DNA of 64,000 nt from Gekko japonicus (Eukaryota), in contig NW_015165283.1 of the NCBI RefSeq assembly GCF_001447785.1, positions 62,001 through 126,000 on the forward strand. Reading direction: 5' to 3'. The notes under the pieces are model-generated. The model did no database searches. It was not told the origin of the DNA and saw nothing but the letters and a program-made list of their open reading frames with translations. The position numbers and the translations under genes were made by a program. Shown in pieces: positions 11,770 through 24,084 of the stretch. Numbering within the stretch: position 1 is the stretch's first letter; the number at the start of each line of letters is the position of its first letter.

Positions 11770-12440
11770 ATTTATTTATTTATTTAACATTCAATTTATA
11801 TCCTGCTCGAACCCCAAAGGGTCTCTGAGTAGCTTACACACAATTTGGTTCCTAACTAGGGCCACAATAATAGGGGGGAGTGACTTCCTACCAGCACCCG
11901 GCAGCAGGGCTTGTTGTTGCTATCTGGCTCCTTCTGGTGGCCTCGGATGTCAGCGTTCCACCTCCAATGTCCTGGGGCAGATCTCTTCCGGTCCAGCGGC
12001 TTCCTCCGGCGGGCTCATCCGGTGTACGGCCCTGCGGCCGCCGCAGCTCCGACCATCATCCCTTCAGCTCCATCGCGCTGCGCCGACACGCCACCATACC
12101 TCCGTGACTCCGCCTCTGCCGGATTCTGCCGCTCAACGCTGCGCTTCACAGGGCACTCCTCAGCCGCTCCATCGCTCCACTGCCGCTCCGCCGCCGCCAC
12201 TCTGTTGCCGCCACCGCCGATGCCTCCGCTGTGCACCCCACTGGAGGAGGGTGCCCCCTGCCACCTAGGGCAGGTACCCATTTATCTACTTGCTGGATAT
12301 TAATGCTTTCAAACCGCTGGGTGGGCGGGAGCTGGGACTAGGGCCGGGAGCTCACCCCGGCCGCGGTGGGTCTCGAACAGCCATAGTGGCTGTTCGTTGA
12401 TGTTATAGCAGGCGTTCTTACTGCCTGCGCCACCGCTCCC
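11770..12440 (-). mobile_element. SINE-like composite: Sauria-type tRNA head, GC-rich unknown body and adjacent L2-type tail
   Basis: 12270-12440 resembles the Sauria SINE 5' part seen at 40260-40428 (gtacc.atttatctacttgc...gcgggagctgg.actag...gggagctcac). 11860-12270 is CpG-rich and unlike the Sauria 3' half. 11770-11840 on the minus strand is a tgtaagc...atataaat(taaa)n tail. Confidence 0.6.
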
Positions 12441-12698
12441 TATATGCACATAGCACTAATAGCAACATGATGGAGGAAAATGCCTTTTTCAAGCCATGAA
12501 ATCTTGCAGTTTGAGTCCTAGGATGAAAGGAAATAAAATATTTTCATAACAGACGAACTATTTTGAAAGGAGATATCTGGATCTCATATAATAAACCAAT
12601 AAAAACACACATTTATTATAGAATGGACTCAGTGAGTGGGATCCAAAGAGCTACTGTAGAGATCAGTGGGATTCTTGACTTTTGTCTTTGAACGACAG

Positions 12699-12890
12699 GA
12701 CTTCCATGCCATATCACAAACTGATACGGAAAAGCCCCTTCAGTTTTAAAACCAGTTTGACATGTGGTGTGAAGATCTGTTGTTCAAAGGAAAAAGAAAC
12801 TAAAATCCCACTGGGCATTCCCCAGCTCCTTTGGACATATAATGGGACGGTCCTTTGGAATTCAGCCATAGCCCAGAAATATATCAATAG
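12699..12890 (+). CDS. Candidate internal exon of an unidentified gene (TSMPYHKLIRKSPFSFKTSLTCGVKICCSKEKETKIPLGIPQLLWTYNGTVLWNSAIAQKYIN)
   Basis: Acceptor tttgtctttgaacgacag|G, donor AG|gttagt, 192 nt (frame-preserving), one open frame in non-repeat DNA. No recognisable homology. Confidence 0.3.
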
Positions 12891-13289
12891 GTTAGTCAAG
12901 AGCATCTTCTGGTCTGAAACTGTGCACACCATGCTGGTTTGACTGCCACCTGCTGTTGATATTCCTATGAGATGTTAAATGTGTCTTGCCCTACATCCCA
13001 GGATTTGTCACCATTCTGTTCCATTTTCTGGCTTTATTTAATGCAAATAACTTTATTATTTTCAAAGTTTCTGTGACCTCAGACTGGAATATGGCTTTTA
13101 AGCAAGGGCCTAACTCCATGGGGAGTCTTTCCAGGTCTTCCTGATAGTGCTCCCCTGGCCTCCTCGGTGTGTCCCTCTAGACAGCCATCCCCAGTTTCAT
13201 TGCCCTCTTCCACCTGGCCATCCCTCTGACACTCCCAACATCTGTGCTGGTAGCTGCCAGGCTCCCCGGAGCCTCCTGGAGCCTGGCCC

Positions 13290-13577
13290 ACCATTTCTGC
13301 CTCCGGTCTTCTGACCATAGACTGGTCATGTCCTTATCCACTGCACCTGGCCCTGCCTCCTGAACTCACGAGCCTCCAGCCTCCTCTTGGTTTGCTGGGC
13401 TGTCCGGAGAGTCCTGAAGCTGCCTGGGCCTTGACCATTTCTGCCTCCGGTCTTCTGACCATAGACTGGTCATGTCCTTATCCACTGCACCTGGCCCTGC
13501 CTCCTGAACTCATGAGCCTCCAGCCTCCTCTTGGTTTGCTGGGCTGTCCGGAGAGTCCTGAAGCTGCCTGGGCCTTG
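13290..13577. repeat. 144-bp tandem duplication within an LTR-like GC-rich repeat (~13072-13585)
   Basis: 13290-13433 and 13434-13577 are identical except cacgag/catgag. Confidence 0.9.
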
Positions 13578-13586
13578 CCCCCACAG

Positions 13587-14373
13587 GGGAATAACGAGAC
13601 AGACAACCATTTTGGATTAAACAAGGGCCACTTTATTAATTATATACAATTTTGGGACAGTAAAACCCGGCAAGGGAGCACTTCAAGATTAGCGGAACAG
13701 ACAAGGCAGGTGTCAGGCTGACCAGCCTCCTTGTCTGATGCAAATGGGCGATGCACCAACCCCGGTCCTGGGCCATTAGCCTGGCTTGCGACCAGCAGCC
13801 TAGCCGCGGGTCGCCTCCTGGGAGCGCCTACCCCTGAAACCTTACAGCTTGCAGAGAGGCGCTTTACCCAAGAGGCTCCCCTAGGGGGTCCCCATTTACC
13901 GCCCGGGGCCTTAATAGCCCGCAAGCCGTTCCTGGAGACCCCCCAGTTCCCAAAAGACGGGACGGCTTAAGGTGCTCACCGATTCCGCTACCTTATCCCT
14001 GCCCTACTCTACAAAAGTGACCGACCTATTTACTGCAGCCACACCCTTACCCGTACTTCCAATGATCCAGTGTAAGGTAGGCGAAAACACCACCACCCTC
14101 ATTGCCAATCTTGGGTGATAGCGAAAAATTCCTACCTGGCCCCCAATTGGGCGACCAGCCTCAGCCTACACTAGGTTAACCGGGTGGGCGGGCGAGCACG
14201 AGGCTGCAACAGACAAAAGGGGGGCGTGGGCAGAGCCCTGCCTAGCCAGGCCGGCTCCGCCCCCTCCCCACGTCCCAGCCCTCTGTGCTGGGACGCGGCG
14301 TTCGCCCCGCCTTCCCCGCGGCGGCAAACTAGCCCCCGGCCGCCATTGCCTTCGGCGGCGGCCGGGAGCTCCC
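13587..14373 (-). mobile_element. Probable terminal repeat region of a DIRS/Ngaro-type tyrosine-recombinase retrotransposon
   Basis: The minus strand carries ggggccaggtaggaatttt...ccaagattggc...gttttcgcctacc and ends aataaagtggccc...tgtctgtctcgttatt, resembling squamate Ngaro split direct repeats as I recall them. CpG-rich; runs into a gap. Confidence 0.5.
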
Positions 14374-15385
14374 NNNNNNNNNNNNNNNNNNNNNNNNNNN
14401 NNNNNNNNNNNNNNNNNNNNNNNNNNNNNNNNNNNNNNNNNNNNNNNNNNNNNNNNNNNNNNNNNNNNNNNNNNNNNNNNNNNNNNNNNNNNNNNNNNNN
14501 NNNNNNNNNNNNNNNNNNNNNNNNNNNNNNNNNNNNNNNNNNNNNNNNNNNNNNNNNNNNNNNNNNNNNNNNNNNNNNNNNNNNNNNNNNNNNNNNNNNN
14601 NNNNNNNNNNNNNNNNNNNNNNNNNNNNNNNNNNNNNNNNNNNNNNNNNNNNNATCTTGTCTACAATCCTCAGCAAGCGTGGCTTTGCTAATTTTTACTC
14701 AGACTGCATTCTCCTGACTCCTCACTCTAACCCTTTTCAGGCGTTATATTTCTGGTACTCCTGTCCCACACACCAGGAGAGTCTTACGTATGGTCATCAT
14801 CTTGTCTGAAAAGGTCAACATGCATATTTTACATCTATGAAATGTAAATGCATATCCTTAAAAATCCAGTTTTGGGGTCGTGCATGTTCTGTAATTATAC
14901 AATGTACTTGTGGTCATGTAATGTATGCTCAGATTACTCCCACCACCCAGATAGCTGTTGTACAAATTTTCATAGCGTTCTGTTCTTATGTTAAAAGCCC
15001 TAAGAGGGAGGGGGGGGACCCTTAGAGTTTTCATTTTGAAATAATGTCTTAAACTCTCTGCATTTTTGACCGCTCATAAGGGTGCCAATGGGTGCCTGTT
15101 AAACAGTAAACAGATGTATTCCTGATTATGCTCTATATTTTAAAGCATTATATGCTCTTATCAAAGAAGGTCACTGATCTCCCCCCCCTCCCCTAATCCT
15201 AGCATTGTCAATATGTCCATCAGGTTTATCCATACTTATCTCAGACAGGTATGTTTCATTTTCTGGATGAAAAATGTACACATTAGCTCACAGATCCTTC
15301 TTCTCAGATGAATAGCATTTTCCCCAGTGAAGTGTAAGGGTTGGACTTGGTGCAACATTTCCACTTCTGCTAGAACTAGTAGAAA

Positions 15386-15638
15386 CACATGAAAAAGACT
15401 GTGGCACCCATTTACACTAAGTCAGACTTATTGCGTTCCCACTTGCATTTGTGCTTGTGAAAGGTCTTGTGTAACCAGGGGTCTTGTTGTAGAAAAAGAG
15501 CTGCCGGAGCTCATTAGCATAACTCATTAGCATAACTTATTTGCATCACATGAAAAAGACTGTGGCACCCATTTACACTAAGTCAGACTTATTGCGTTCC
15601 CACTTGCATTTGTGCTTGTGAAAGGTCTTGTGTAACCA
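15386..15638. repeat. 92-bp exact duplicate (15386-15477, 15547-15638) separated by half a hAT MITE (15476-15546)
   Basis: Copy 1 continues into caggggtcttgttgtagaaaaa; copy 2 continues into unique sequence. Confidence 0.9.
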
Positions 15639-16030
15639 ATTTCTGGAGACTGTAAGGTATAGGGAGGAGACCACTAGGTGTTGCTCAACATCTTGTGCAA
15701 GTGGACTGTGCCAAGTTTATGTGGTACTTTCTTTTACGGTCATGGTGGTCAACATGTCCCTGTGGCCATTTGTGTATTTAAGGCTAAATCTGTAACTCAG
15801 CAATTGTACGTGTTCCCATTTGGGTCAGTGCATTTAATCAGTCTGTAAAGAAAGTCCAAGCTACGTTTCTATATCATGTCCTGGGTGTCCAAGACCGTGT
15901 TGTATATGCAGCCATGTCTTTGGAAACAGGACTGGGTCTTTTGGAAACTAGAGCCTGGATACAGACTCTGAAATTCTGGCTGCACCTTCATTCCTATCAT
16001 CCTAGCTATGCACACACTGTTATCATAACA

Positions 16031-17000
16031 TCATAGAATGTTAGAGTTGGAAGGGACCTTGCAGGTCATCTAGTCCAACCCCCTGCACTCTGCAGGAGCA
16101 TAGCGGAAAGATAGCCCTACAACATACCCGAAAGATGGTCGTCCAGCCTCCGTTTGAAAACATTGATTTGGTGGTGTGTTAGTTTGTCTCACTTCTTGGT
16201 GAGGTATAGTTGTTAAAAAATTAATAAACAGATTATATATATATATAAAAATAAAAACATCCAGCGAAGGAGCATCCACTATCTCCCGAGGCAGACTGTT
16301 CCACTGCTCAACCACTCTTACAGTTAGGAAGTTTCTCCTGATATTTAGCCGGTTAAATATTTAACCCATTAGATCTAGTCTTGCAATCCAGAGCAAGAGA
16401 GAATAGATCTGCTCCATCTTCTACATGACAGCCCTTCAAATACTTGAAGACTGCAATCATGTCCCCTCTAAGCCTTCTCTTTCCCAGGCTAAACATACCC
16501 AACTCTTTCAGCCTTTTCTCATAAGACTTGGATTCAAACCCTCTCACAATCCTGGTTGCCCTCTTCTGGACATGCTCGAGTTTGTCAACATCCTTCCTAA
16601 AATGTGGTGCCCAAAACTGGACACAGTACTCCAGGTGAGGCCTGACCATAGCAGGATAGAGCGGAACTAACAATGCTTCTGTTAATACATCCTAAGATTG
16701 CATGAGCTTTCTTCACAGCCACATCGCACTGCAGGCTCATGTTTAGCTTGTGATCAACCAGAACACCCAGATCCCTTTCACATGTGCTGCTGTCAAGCCA
16801 AGTCCCTCCCATTCTATATCTGTGCCGTTGATTTTTTTTGTACCTAAGTGTAGGACTTTGCACTTCTCTCTATTGAAATTTATTTTATTTGTCTCAGCCC
16901 ACTGTTCCAGCCTATCTAGATCATTTTGAATCCTGACTCTGTCTTTTTCAGAATTAGCAATCCCACCCAGCTTCGTGTCATCTGCAAATTTGATAAGCAT
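16031..17000 (-). mobile_element. CR1 LINE, 5'-truncated (RT C-terminus and 3' UTR)
   Basis: LIKFADDTKLGG...LDRLEQWAETN..FNREKCKVLHLG; [13 protein letters not shown]; [16 protein letters not shown]; 3' end ...ttccaactctaacattctatga. Confidence 0.95.
16164..16253 (+). mobile_element. Short LINE 3' tail inserted in the CR1
   Basis: AATAAA and an A-rich end, flanked by aaaacat direct repeats (16157-16163, 16254-16260). Confidence 0.6.
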
Positions 17001-17185
17001 CAGATTCCTGGATCTGTAGTTTGGCTGTAAATGATCATGAATAATTTTATCTCTATTTTATTTATGTTAATATATTTGTGTGCTTTCTGATGTGTATATT
17101 TGTGGTAATTGGCTATGTAATATTTTAGATTGTTTAGTGTCTGTAACAAATGCCTAATAAAGGTTCTGTGGTGATGATGGTTTCC
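17001..17185 (+). mobile_element. LINE 3' UTR remnant
   Basis: T-rich tract ending atgcctaataaaggttctgtggtgatgatgg. Confidence 0.4.
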
Positions 17186-18067
17186 ACTTTCAGATCGCTG
17201 TACCCGAGGCTAAGTCTTTGACATTTACTTGCGTACTTATGATGCTAGTTTAAAAGGGGGGGGGGAATCCTTTCCAAAAACACTTTAGAATATCACACAG
17301 AAGCTATAGTCATTCTGTCGACAGAGTTTGGAAGATGCATAAAATGGGAAGATAATATTTGGGTTTAATGTTGAAAAAAATCTAGGTATAATTTTTAATT
17401 TGTTAACCTCGTTTCAAGGTCAAAAACTCTGCAAAAAGTTGTAATGACATCAACCAAGCTGATATACTTCATTTAGTTAAAAAAAAAAGTCTCTGTTTTG
17501 AGGATTCAGTAACTGCTCACTGATTCATTCTGCCAGTGGTGGCACTGAAATAGCATGGTGGAACTTCAGCATGAATCTCTCTGAATGGTGAAAGGGAGAG
17601 ACTTGGGCTGGTCCGTCACTCCACTATTTCAACACCATTCCCAGCTGAACAAACAAACAAGGGCTCAGACATTCACTTTCCCCCTAGTCTGCATTGAGTC
17701 AGCTGTGTTCCATTCATAGCTACTTTTTCAAGCCTAAAAGGAAGGAGAATATATGGGTAATGTGAAAAAATACTTGAGCCTCAAAGCATCACTCCTTCAT
17801 GTTTGTGGGAAATGTGAGGCAATGATAGATTTGGGGGAATTACATATATACTCCCTTTGCAAAATGCAAACAGCTGTGGCATCCTCCTACAAGAAATAGA
17901 TATATGGAAATAAAAGCAACCTGTACAGATGTTAGAATTCTTTTGTTAGTCTGATAAAGTAATGGTAAAACTTTGATATGTCCCTATGAGCCATGCAGAT
18001 AGCCTGTTCCTCTAGAGTGTGAGATTTCCCACCTTGGGAACTTCAAAATCAAATATGCATTAAATCA

Positions 18068-18600
18068 TGGCTGCAGTCACACGGAACAGAAGCCACACAA
18101 GTGAGACGGAAAACAGGTGGAGTTTCCGGGCGCGATCTCACCGGCACATCTGGGAAGCGTAGCACTCCCGTGGCACAACCGAGGCTTCCAGCCGAAACTG
18201 CGTGGCAAAAAACTAGTACCTCGGAGGTACTAGTTTCCGGAAACTGCGGGGCAAGGGCGGGCGTCTGATCGCGTTTCCGGTGGCATCCGGCACCCGCCCA
18301 TGTCCCCTTGCAAATAAGGTGGGGTTTTTTGTCCACATCTCTGTGGATGCGCACACGCACCCAACGAAGCATGCACATTCGTCGTGTACACACAAAAACA
18401 AAACAGTTTGCCGCGGCGCGCGCTTCTTCGTTGTGCGCCGGCTTGTCCTGTGATCAGCACCTCTCCCTTGCCATGGAACCTCCACGGTACCTCCACAGGA
18501 CCTCCACAGGAGGTCTGATCGAGTAACTGCGCAGTAGTTTGCCCCAGGGCAAACAGCCACGCTTCTCCCCCGCAGTTTCCTGCCCGTGTGACCGGGGCCC
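18068..18600. mobile_element. CpG-rich non-autonomous DNA transposon, PIF/Harbinger-like
   Basis: Termini ggctgcagtcacacgg / ccgtgtgaccggggcc; internal palindrome aaactagtacctcggaggtactagttt at ~18210-18236. Confidence 0.65.
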
Positions 18601-19529
18601 AAGTTGTTTTGTTGTATATACTGACCAGAGGCTTTCCAAAGCTTTAAAGTACCTCTGACAGTTTTTTTAAAAAACAATTCAATAAATCAGTCAAAATAGA
18701 AACCAGTGGGCTGGATCTATATCCCCCATTCTATGAATAGAAGCACCTCTTCTTGGATAAGATGTGGGTATGATTTCTGTTATTCCCCCCACAGCTGTAG
18801 GCCCCTCCCCATCAACTCTCCTGCCACTCTTAAAGATGCACCAGCTGTCATGACCATCTTTGCAAGAGGCTGAAATACGAGGCTAGAATGCAATGTTCAC
18901 GAACAGAGCTTCCACCTATTGTTCTTTGCATCCATCCTTTTGCCTGTTTTTTTCCAGGTTCACAAGAGTTGGATTAATCACAATAGTTATGGAACTCTGT
19001 TGAATAATATTGGTTACTCAAACCATTGTGTAAAAACTCCATCTGGAAAGCTGCTGAGCTTATAATACATAGGCTTCAAAATGTATAGTAAACCATAAAA
19101 AGAACAAAACGTTCTGCGAGAACAAGAACATGACTTTAAATGGTAAAATTATTAAAAATTAGATTCAAGTTTATTAAAGTTTTGATACTTCATTTTTCAA
19201 GAAAGCAAAAGAAGTCCCATAGAAGCAGGACAGAGAACCAGAAGACAGAATGTTCACATTCAGCTTTTAGTAAGTGGTAAAGGGAATTCCATTACTTGGC
19301 TTTAGGAATGAACTTCAAATATTCTGTTTTCCCTGGATACAATGTCAGACTGACATTGGTAAACATGCAGTTTTGTATGGTTATGCCACCAAAATTCATA
19401 ATCATCTGCTTCAAAGTAGTAATTTGGATCATTTGAAGTGTTTGGTTATATCACAAACTGAACATCACATCCTCAAGAAGTCCTTCTATGGCTCAGAATG
19501 CAGATTGATATTTCACACATGCACAGACT

Positions 19530-19746
19530 GTGTTACCATCTTCAAGGTGGGACCTGAAGTTCCCCTAGATTTTTAACTGATTTCCAGACTAGAGACATCA
19601 GTGCCTCTGGAAGTAACTGAAGCTTAATTTGACAGACTCTATGGCATCATATCCCTGCTGAATTCCCTCCTTTCCCCAAATCCCACGCTTCTCAATTACC
19701 ACCCCTAAATCTCCAGAGCTTTTCCAAGCTGGAGTTGGCAACCCTG
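19530..19746. mobile_element. TAGGGTTGCCA-family MITE (older copy)
   Basis: Ends ggagttggcaaccctg; the body resembles 196-395. Confidence 0.75.
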
Positions 19747-20899
19747 AGGTTGTACTTTCAATTGTAGCTCCAAGGGAATATTCCAGGAAAAAGTAGGCAA
19801 GCATTGAGATGTTCTTAAGCATCAGAGGAAAGAAGCGGTGCAGTTTTAGTCTTTGCCTTCAAGAGGCATCCAAACCAGAAAGCTAAAGGAATCAGCACCA
19901 CCACCACTTCTTTTTTCCTTCTTAGCTTTTATTTTTTAACCCTTTCTGCTAAAGCAAAAGCAAAAACAGTCCTTTTAAGAGCCTCAGATTAAATGCATTT
20001 GCATCAAGCATTTTCCTGTTAACCACTGATGACGCTCATAATTTGGACCCAGTTCCAAACTGAGCTGAGGGCAATACTCCAATCACTAGTTTGTGGTAAT
20101 GGACATGGGAGTGGAAGAGGTAGAATCACTTCTGGCATTTTGGGAGAATTTCCCACCAAATCATATTCTTAAAGACAGATTATCTGGGACAGCATCTCCT
20201 AAAGTCTACCTTGTCTACTACCTTGGGGTAGTAGTTGTAGGAGCTGATCTCACAAAGCATAAAGAGACTATGGCTCCAATCTAAAAATAGTCACACTTGA
20301 GTATCATTAAATTAATGGGACAAGTTAGTCATAATTAAAATCTCACTGATTACAATTACGTTTAAACATGATTCTCTTTTTTCTCGAGATTTATATGTAT
20401 TTAGTATGGACAGATAGAAAATAAATACAAAGGTGGGCACTGGGCTGTGTTTATAAGGCAACAAGGGCATCTGGCACAGAGAGATGACTGATTGCACTTA
20501 TCTGAATGTGCAGCAAGGCATCTATGGAAGGATGTTATAATCATTTGTTGGAGAACATGTCATGTGAATTTCTTAAATAACTCAGGGTCCAAAGGTATCA
20601 GCTGGTGCTAACTTGTGGCAGATTGGCAGCTCAGAAAGGAAAAGGAATGAATTGAACTAACTAATAAAGACAAGCATAACATCAAGAAGGAATGGCCTAT
20701 CAATTAATGGTGATGATGAAAGGATATGCACCTACTTGCCTAGGGTGGTCAGGGATTTGTATAATTCAAGAGAGTTTGCAGCATGTGTCTGACTTGCTGT
20801 TGAAATGGACTGGTGTTAGTTCCACAATGCAATTATAATATTATACAACATGTGGAATTTAAGGGATTATACCTCATGGTGTGTACCTTTAAATAATGG

Positions 20900-21092
20900 A
20901 ATTGGTCCTTTCAAGAATTCATCTGAGATATCATCTAGATATTTTTTGGCAACTTTATGTAAAACCCCTCTGATGGGTGTTTCAAAAGATCAAATTGGTC
21001 CTTTCAAGAATTCATCTGAGAGTGGGTATCCAAGGCTAGATATTTTTTGGCAACTTTATGTCAAACCCCTCTGATGGGTGTTTCAAAAGATC
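20900..21092. repeat. Tandem near-duplicate (~92/100 bp)
   Basis: 20900-20991 and 20993-21092 differ by one complex indel and one SNP. Confidence 0.9.
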
Positions 21093-21169
21093 TTAGATTC
21101 AAAGAAGGAGTAACCCTGGGAGATTCATCTCCTCTGCGAAGTGGTTCACACGTTTTTTAAAAATTATTC

Positions 21170-21388
21170 ATTTACTTCATTTATACCCAACCTTTCTCTG
21201 CAATGAGGACCTAAAGTGGCATTCATCGTTCTCCTCTCTTCCATGTTATCCTCACAACAACTCTGAGAGGTAGAATAGGCTGAATTCAGGTAACTGGCCC
21301 AAGGTCACTCAGCAAGCCTTCATGGCAGAGTGGCGATTTGAACTTGGGTCTCCAAGACTCTAATCCAGCATTCTAACCACTACACAAT
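21170..21388 (-). mobile_element. Old tRNA-derived SINE (Squam3/MIR-like)
   Basis: tttatacccaacctttct...atcctcacaacaactctgagaggtag...cccaaggtcac...aaccactacac. Confidence 0.7.
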
Positions 21389-21639
21389 GTGAAAAACATT
21401 CAGATGTGCAACTGATTTACGTACTCTTATTTATTATGTACATGGGATGACAGGCATATGCCTGAGCCCAAATTCCAGTGGCAAAACATTTCTGATGTGA
21501 AAAGGGGGGAGTTACGGGGCTCCTGAATTAAAATTTCCCTTCACCAAGAAAACCAGCATAGTAAGCAAAGAGAAACAGTAGAAACTTTCCCTGTTGTTTG
21601 TCTGTTTGCATCTGTAGGCTGTGGTGCTGTCCACTTGCA

Positions 21640-23165
21640 AAGAAACCCACCCTTGACCCAGGAGATCTCAATAATTATCAACTAATGTTCAACTCTTCAA
21701 CGAGGTGATTGAACAGGTGGTGGCTGGACAACTGCAAGCCTTCTTGGATGAGGCAAAGTGTTTAGATCCCTTCCATTCTGGTTTCAGGCCTAGTAATAGG
21801 ACTGAAACAGTCTTGGTCATGCTGGTGGATGACTTGCGGGAGGAGATGGACAGAGGGAGTGCAACCCTCCTGGACCTCTCAGCAGCCTTCAATACCATCT
21901 ATCATGGTATCCTTCTGGACTGCCTATCTGGACTGGGATTGGGAGGCAACATTTGGCAATGGTTCGGGTCCTGCCTGAAGGGTAGGTTTCAGAAGGTGGT
22001 CTGGGGGACTGCTGTTCAGCCCCTTGGCCTTTGGCCTATGGGGTCCCACAGGGTTCCATCTTGTTCCCTATGCTCTTTAAAACTACATGAAACTGCTGTG
22101 TGAGGTCATCTGGAGATCTGGACTGGGCTATGTGGATGACACTCAGCTCTATCTCACACTTCCAGCTGATCCCAGGGAGGCTGTAGAAACTCTGAACCAG
22201 GGCCTGGAGGCAGTTTTGGACCGGATACAGGTTAATGAACTAAAGCTTAATCCCAACAAGATGGAACTGCTACTGGTGGGCAGAAGATCTGGTGCAGGAT
22301 TTAAGGTGCCACCCATTCTGGATGGGGTTGCACTCCCCTTGAAGAAACTGGTCTGTACTCTGGGGGTGCTCTTGGTTCCAGGCCTACTGACAGATATGCA
22401 GGTGGCAGCTGTAGCCAAGAGTGCCTTTTACCAGCTTCGACTGGTTAGCCAGCTGCAGCCAAGATCTGTCCACTGTAGTACATGCTATGGTTATGTCCAG
22501 ATTAAATTACTGCAACACACTGTACATGGGGCTGCCCTTGAAAAGTGTTCATAAACTTCAATTTTTACAGAATGTGGCAGCCAGGATGTTGACTGGAATG
22601 GGTCATATGTACTATATCACTCCAGTTTTGGCCCATCTATACTCACTTCCAATTTGTTTCTGAGCACAATTCAAGGTGATGTTCTTGACCTTCAAAGCCC
22701 TATATGGTCTGGGACTAACATACTTGAAGGACTACCTAATCCCTTCTGAATCTACTGGACCATTAAGGAAATCTTTGGAGGCCCTGCTTCAAGAGTCTTC
22801 CCCTTTCTGAGATTAGGTGGGTGGCAACCTGGGAGAGGGCCTTTTCAGTCATGGCACCAAAGCTCTGGAACTCTATCCCAGAGAGATTCATCTGTCCACT
22901 TCAGTTGCCTTATTCCACCATCTGGTGAAGTCTTTTTTGTTTCCTTTGGTATTGCCTCCATCCCTCCTTCCTAACTAGTGTGTTTTTTTATATTTTGTAT
23001 GTATTTGAACTGTTTTGTGTGCCTTTTAACTGTTTTTTAAACTCTCTTAAAATTATTTCACGTATGTATGTTAATGTAATTTTATCACATATTGATTAAA
23101 TTGTTAGCCATCTTGGCAGCCCTTGTATGGGCAGAAAGGTGGGATATGCATTTTGTAAATAAATA
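21640..23165 (+). mobile_element. L2 LINE, 5'-truncated, degraded RT and 3' tail
   Basis: LDPFHSGFRP..TETVLV...LLDLSAAFNT; YVDDTQLY; LKLNPNKMELL; SRLNYCNTLYMGLP; tail tgttagccatc...gggatatgcattttgtaaataaataa. Confidence 0.93.
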
Positions 23166-23387
23166 ATATTTTTATGCAAAGAAACATTGAAAGCCGGTAT
23201 CCACCACTTGCAGCCTGAAGTGGTGCATACAGTCCACTTGACCATCTCTGGTCTCTGCTTCTGCATTGCCATCTCATTCTCCTGCATGTGTGAGGACTCA
23301 GACTGGCAGCAGAATGTGATGGGAGATTCCACTAAAAACACTGTTCAAAAAGCTGTCAGTTTTATTGGCTACAATTCTATGATGACT

Positions 23388-23389
<2 letters not shown>

Positions 23390-23433
<44 letters not shown>
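23390..23433. repeat. (TC)n microsatellite running into a gap
   Basis: Read directly. Confidence 0.95.
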
Positions 23434-23494
23434 NNNNNNNNNNNNNNNNNNNNNNNNNNNNNNNNNNNNNNNNNNNNNNNNNATATGTTGCAAG

Positions 23495-23700
23495 CAGTGT
23501 TCCCTCTAAGCTGAGTTAGTGTGAACTAGCTCACAGTTCTTTAGCCTCCGGCTCAGACATTTTTGTCTTAGCTCAGGAAGGATAGCTCCGGAGCAAACTA
23601 ATTTATACAGCAGCCAAATCACCTGCTCACAACTTTAACGCCGGTAGCTCACAAAGTCGAATTTTTGCTCACAGGACTCCACAGCTTAGAGGGAACATTG
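23495..23700. mobile_element. 206-bp hAT MITE
   Basis: TIRs cagtgttccctctaagctg / cagcttagagggaacattg; perfect 8-bp TSD gttgcaag (23487-23494, 23701-23708). Confidence 0.93.
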
Positions 23701-23927
23701 GTTGCAAGAGCAGCTTTGCATTCTGCAATGAGTATCAAGAAGCAGATTATTGTGCTTTAATGTTTGCAGTTATTGGGATTCTAGATAATGTAGAAAGAGG
23801 GTACTGAGATACCTCACTATTATAGGGAGAGTAAATTTATGATGAAGGTCCTTATACTGAGTTGAACCATTACTCTATCAAGCCCACTTTGGCCACTCTG
23901 ACAGACAGTCACAATTCATGGTCTCAG

Positions 23928-24084
23928 GAAGAAGAGGAAGAAGATGAAGAAGAACAGGGGGAGGAGGAGGAGGAGATTGGATTTATACCCCGCCCTTCAC
24001 TCAGAGTCTCAGAGCAGCTTCCAAACTCCTTTCCCTTCCCCTTCACACAACAGACACCCTGTGAGGTAGGCTGGACTGAGAGAG
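23928..24084 (-). mobile_element. 5'-truncated Squam3-like SINE with a (GAA/GAG)n tail, abutted by (CCTAAC)3
   Basis: Matches the 3' half of 44908-45188; telomeric repeats at 24085-24102. Confidence 0.85.

Noticed and set aside
14160-14373. CpG-island promoter (also 11860-12440, 18068-18600, 49800-51900)
   Set aside because: All CpG-rich blocks fall within apparent transposable elements.
19274-19576. 100-aa plus-strand ORF
   Set aside because: It runs into a MITE, has no convincing donor, and shows no homology.
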